Assembly: GCA_052390615.1 (NCBI GenBank)
Contig: JBQTGT010000007.1
Coordinates: forward strand, 73,614 to 137,613
DNA length: 64,000 nucleotides
Direction of reading: 5' to 3'
DNA from: Actinomycetota bacterium
GTDB taxonomy: Bacteria; Actinomycetota; Acidimicrobiia; IMCC26256; PALSA-610
Shown here: in pieces, positions 60,780-64,000 of the stretch
Layout: each line of letters begins with the position of its first letter
Position numbering within the stretch: position 1 is the stretch's first letter
Made by a program: the position numbers and the translations under genes
The notes under the pieces: model-generated
What the model was told of the DNA's origin: nothing
Database searches by the model: none
Seen by the model: the letters and a program-made list of their open reading frames with translations, nothing else

Positions 60780-63050
60780 CTACGGCCGCACCGCCATGTC
60801 GACCGCGTGCCGACCGAGCGTCAGACCGGGCTGGCTTCCGTGGAACTTCGCGTCGCCGAACGAGAACACTCCGCCGTCGGAGGAAAGGACGTAGTAGCCG
60901 TTGCCGGTCAGCGACGGGCGCAGCTGGACGCCGGCCGGCGCGCGGCACAGACCGGTCCCGGGGATGCTCCCGAAGAAGGGGACGCCGAAGCTGAACACGC
61001 CGCCGTCGAGGCCGACGAGCCAGTAGCCGCCGGCGTTGCTAGTCCCCATCGAGATCACCGGCGCGTTCAGCTTCGTGCCACCGGTCGAACCGTAGAAGCG
61101 CGCGTCGCCGAAGCTGAACACGCCGCCGTCGGACGCGAGCATCCAGTAGCCGAGGCCGGTCGGCGTCTGCGCCATCGAGATGACCGGCGCGTTCAGACGT
61201 TGGCCACCCATCGAGCCCCAGAAGCGCGCGTCGCCGAAGCTGAAGATGCCGCCGTCGCGGCCGAGCAACCAGTACCCGCCATTGCCCGGCGTCGGCGCCA
61301 TCCCGATGATCGGCGCGTTCAGCGGCTGGCCTTCCATCGAGCCGTGCGAGCGCGCGTCTCCGAAGGTGAAGACCCGTCCCTGGCTGGTCAGGATGTAGTA
61401 GCCGTTCCCGGTCGGCGACACCTGGAGCGCGACCGCGGTCTCGCCCGGTCGCAGCGACCCGGCGACGCTGCCGAAGAACGGGGCGCCCCCGAATGAGAAC
61501 AGCCCGCCGTCCGCGCCGAGGAACCAATAACCGCGGGGCGCGGACGCGTCGGAAGCAGCGGCGGGCGGGTTGACGGCGCGACGGCACATGCCTGGTCCGA
61601 GGAGATTGCCGCCACTCTTCGGCGCGCCGTAGTGACGCGCGTCCTTGCGGAACATCGGCCACGGTGGCGTTCGTCCGGGCGGCGCGATGTTGTACGCCTG
61701 GATCGTTGTTGTGTTGTTCGGCGTGTTGAAGCCGGAAACGATCAGCTTCCAGCCGTGCGGGCCGAAATCGCCAACCGCGCCGGCCGCTTCGAAACTGGTC
61801 CACGTGTTGAGCGCGGCGATCTCTCCGCCGGTCGGTCCGTCGAGGACGAAGAATCCCCAGTTGTTTCCGACGCCCACGTCGTTGTCGCCATCGCCGTCCA
61901 TGTCGGCGATGATCGGCGACTGGACGCCACCACCGGGACCGGTGTTGAAGCGCAGCCCGGACTGCCAGAGGAGCTGGCCGTTCCCGCGAATGACGCGCAG
62001 CAAGCCGTCGTGACTGCCGGCGACCACGTCGACCACACCATCACCGTCGACGTCACCCAAGGCCGGTGCGGGCATCGTCGAGCCGCCGGTCGCGAACGGG
62101 AACCCGGGCTGGTTCGAGCCGTCCTCGATGTTGAACGCCCAGATCTTCTTGCCGTCGCCGCGGTTGTAGAAGTGGCCGGCGCCGGTGACCACTTCCATCG
62201 TCCCGTCGCCGTCGATGTCGCCGATGGCGGGGCTGGAGAAGAACGTGTCGTCGATGCGGCGCTTCCACCGCTCGGTGACTCTGCCGTCGTTCCAGTCGAG
62301 CGCGCGGAACTCACCACCGGAGTGGTCGATGTATCCCCCGATGAACTGGTCCGAGCCGATGAAGATCTCCATCCGGCCGTCGTCGTCGACGTCGTAGAGC
62401 GCCGGAGAGCTCCACGTCGAGTCCTCGACGTTGATCGGGAAGCCGGACAGCTCGTTGCAGTTGCGGTCGATCGCGTGGACGTGGAGGTCCCACGCGCCGA
62501 ACACGATGTCGGTCATGCCGTCGCCGTCGACGTCGCCGAGCGACGGTGACGAGTACACGCCGTTGTCGTTGGGCTGATAGTTCAGCGCCTCGAACCGACA
62601 CTTGACCGAACCGTCGCGGCGGAACACGATCACGCCGCCACGCTCGCGACGCCACGTCGAGCCCGCGCCGACGATCACTTCGTTGGCGCCGTCCGCGTCG
62701 ATGTCTCCGACGGCGGGCGAACCATCGATCGGAACCGCGAGCCCGGGACGCACCGACGCCGGCTGCGGCCAGCCGGGCAAGTTGTTGCCAGTGCTGGCAT
62801 CGAGCACGCGCACGTAGCCGTCCTGGTGGCCGTGCACGATGTCGTTCACACCGTCGCCATTGACGTCGGCGATCGTCGGCGACGAGCTGCGGTTCCAACC
62901 GCCGTAGGTGTGACTCCAAGCGAGCTGCGGCGCGGTGCCGGCGGCGACAGGGGTCGCGGCCACCATCGGCAGCGCGGGCGTCAGGAGTGCGATCAGGGCG
63001 GCAGCGGTACGGAAGCGCACGAAGACCTCGAGGAACGTCGGCGGGAGCAA
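60780..63050 (-). CDS. Secreted protein: seven FG-GAP/VCBS (integrin-alpha-like) repeats followed by seven GYW/DGGVF repeats
   Basis: Signal-like RTAAALIALLTPALPMVAATPVAAG. Seven Ca-binding-type loops (DVNGDGVND, DIDADGANE, DVDGDGMTD, DVDDDGRME, DIDGDGTME, DVDGDGVVD, DMDGDGDND). The C-terminal 253 aa are the repeat domain. The exact start is uncertain. Confidence 0.85.
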   Translation of the reverse strand: MLPPTFLEVFVRFRTAAALIALLTPALPMVAATPVAAGTAPQLAWSHTYGGWNRSSSPTIADVNGDGVNDIVHGHQDGYVRVLDASTGNNLPGWPQPASVRPGLAVPIDGSPAVGDIDADGANEVIVGAGSTWRRERGGVIVFRRDGSVKCRFEALNYQPNDNGVYSSPSLGDVDGDGMTDIVFGAWDLHVHAIDRNCNELSGFPINVEDSTWSSPALYDVDDDGRMEIFIGSDQFIGGYIDHSGGEFRALDWNDGRVTERWKRRIDDTFFSSPAIGDIDGDGTMEVVTGAGHFYNRGDGKKIWAFNIEDGSNQPGFPFATGGSTMPAPALGDVDGDGVVDVVAGSHDGLLRVIRGNGQLLWQSGLRFNTGPGGGVQSPIIADMDGDGDNDVGVGNNWGFFVLDGPTGGEIAALNTWTSFEAAGAVGDFGPHGWKLIVSGFNTPNNTTTIQAYNIAPPGRTPPWPMFRKDARHYGAPKSGGNLLGPGMCRRAVNPPAAASDASAPRGYWFLGADGGLFSFGGAPFFGSVAGSLRPGETAVALQVSPTGNGYYILTSQGRVFTFGDARSHGSMEGQPLNAPIIGMAPTPGNGGYWLLGRDGGIFSFGDARFWGSMGGQRLNAPVISMAQTPTGLGYWMLASDGGVFSFGDARFYGSTGGTKLNAPVISMGTSNAGGYWLVGLDGGVFSFGVPFFGSIPGTGLCRAPAGVQLRPSLTGNGYYVLSSDGGVFSFGDAKFHGSQPGLTLGRHAVDMAVRP
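60783..61541 (-). repeat. Coding tandem repeat, about seven copies of the ~40-aa GYW/DGGVF unit
   Basis: Read directly in the translation of the C-terminal 253 residues. Confidence 0.8.
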
Positions 63051-63303
63051 GTCCTGTATCGGCAGCCCAGCGGTACCGGTGTAGCAGCCGTCCCGACCCC
63101 GACCGGCGCGGTCAGACGCCCAGCCGACGCCCGGTCCGACTGTGATCGCTCTCTAGACTCCCGCCGTGTCCGCCAGAAGCTCATCGCTGCGTCACGATGT
63201 CCGCTCCGCGCTCGCCCGCGTCGCCGGACCTCGAGGCCGGGCGCTCTACCGCCGCGTGCGCGGGCGCACCCGGACGACGAACCCAGATCGGACGATCGCA
63301 CCA

Positions 63304-64000
63304 ATGGCGGCTCGCGTCCCGCCGGTCGTCGTGCACGACGAAACCGGCGCGCACATCGCCCCCGAACCGTCGCTCACCGCCCCACGATTCTTGTGGCCGA
63401 GCTATCCGCCGTCCGGTTACCTCGGCCAGCTCGACGACGGCTACCAGGCGACCCTGCGCAGCGAACGCTCGTACATCACCCGCGCCGACTGCGACTTCTA
63501 CCACACGTCAGAGCTGCGTGACGGCACCGTCGCACGCGGACCGTGGGACCTGCGCGGCCACGAAGCCGAGTATCTCGGCGGTGTCGAGGTGGGCGGACTG
63601 CGGGTCCTCGAGCTCGGACCCGCAACGGGTCACTTGAGCTTCTGGATGGAACAACAGAACGCCGATGTCGTGGCCTTCGACGTCGGGTACGACCGCATGA
63701 TCGATCTGATGGTCTACGGCCGCGAGGACCACCGCGCGCTCAAGATGGACCACGTCGGCCTCATCGGCGGCGTCCAGAACTCCTGGTGGTACCTGCACCG
63801 CGACAAGGAATCGCGCGTGCGCAAGGTGTACGGCAACATCTACGACCTTCCCGGCGACCTCGGCACGTTCGACATGAGCATCTTCTGCGCCATCTTGTTG
63901 CACCTGCGCGACCCGTTCACCGCGCTCGAACAGGCGGCGCGGCGCACCCGCGACGCCATCGTCGTCACCGAAGCGGTCGACCACAAGATGGCTTCGGATG
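63304..64000 (+). CDS. Class I SAM-dependent methyltransferase, 3'-truncated by the window end (absent from the ORF track because it has no stop in the window)
   Basis: My own translation from ATG 63304 gives MAARVPPVVVHDETGAH...WDLRGHEAEYLGGVEVGGLRVLELGPATGHLSFWME...DMSIFCAILLHLRDPF. It has a motif-I-like VLELGPATG and G/C-rich third positions, and stays open to position 64000. The antisense ORF 63508-63984 is rejected. Confidence 0.6.
   Translation, partial: MAARVPPVVVHDETGAHIAPEPSLTAPRFLWPSYPPSGYLGQLDDGYQATLRSERSYITRADCDFYHTSELRDGTVARGPWDLRGHEAEYLGGVEVGGLRVLELGPATGHLSFWMEQQNADVVAFDVGYDRMIDLMVYGREDHRALKMDHVGLIGGVQNSWWYLHRDKESRVRKVYGNIYDLPGDLGTFDMSIFCAILLHLRDPFTALEQAARRTRDAIVVTEAVDHKMASD

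Noticed and set aside
63508-63984. 158-aa minus-strand ORF at the window end
   Set aside because: It is antisense to a better-supported plus-strand frame (63304 to the window end) that has methyltransferase motif I and a coding-type GC3 bias.
1-64000. Search for mobile elements, prophage, integrases, toxin-antitoxin or defence-system genes, rRNA and tRNA
   Set aside because: None of the supported translations shows transposase (DDE), recombinase, Cas, restriction-modification or nuclease/NTPase defence signatures. I noticed no terminal inverted repeats or direct-repeat flanks. The lower-GC patches are confined to glycan-biosynthesis genes.

Overview
High-GC, actinobacterial-type chromosomal window. 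I found no rRNA, tRNA, CRISPR array, transposase or integrase. About 55 CDSs are supported, and most of the long ORFs in the six-frame track are antisense or out-of-frame shadows of them. The left quarter (0.5-16.8 kb) is housekeeping: Sir2 deacylase, a rhodanese-MoeB/ThiF sulfur-carrier activase, leucyl aminopeptidase, cobalamin-dependent MetH, an M24 peptidase, and a minus-strand lpd-E2-lipB/lipA block in which LipB and LipA share one reading frame. From about 17 kb to the window end there is a nearly continuous cell-envelope glycan locus with six parts. (i) A decaprenyl-phospho-arabinose-type donor module: ubiA-dprE1-dprE2, plus a HAD phosphatase and a flippase-like protein. (ii) Three tandem GT4 genes plus an Rmd-like reductase. 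(iii) A six-gene, translationally coupled operon: CDP-3,6-dideoxyhexose genes rfbF/G/H, a NeuB-family PEP aldolase, a YerE/acetolactate-synthase-like ThDP enzyme and a polyprenyl-phosphate GT2. (iv) Several methyltransferases and a WbpB/WbpE/WbpD-like 3-amino-sugar triad. (v) Four large polytopic GT-C-like membrane proteins. (vi) An ABC-transporter-type assembly block: Wzt with a C-terminal glycan-binding domain, a coiled-coil methyltransferase resembling a WbdD-type chain terminator, and three paralogous coiled-coil-domain/GT4 modules. No Wzm permease and no priming phosphoglycosyl transferase lie in the window. A distinctive tandem repeat of about 40 aa (GYW..DGGVF.FGDA.F.GS) is fused to three different secreted proteins: an L,D-transpeptidase, a muramoyl-alanine amidase and a 7-blade FG-GAP protein. 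All functional calls come from motifs read by eye in the translations. No database search was run.
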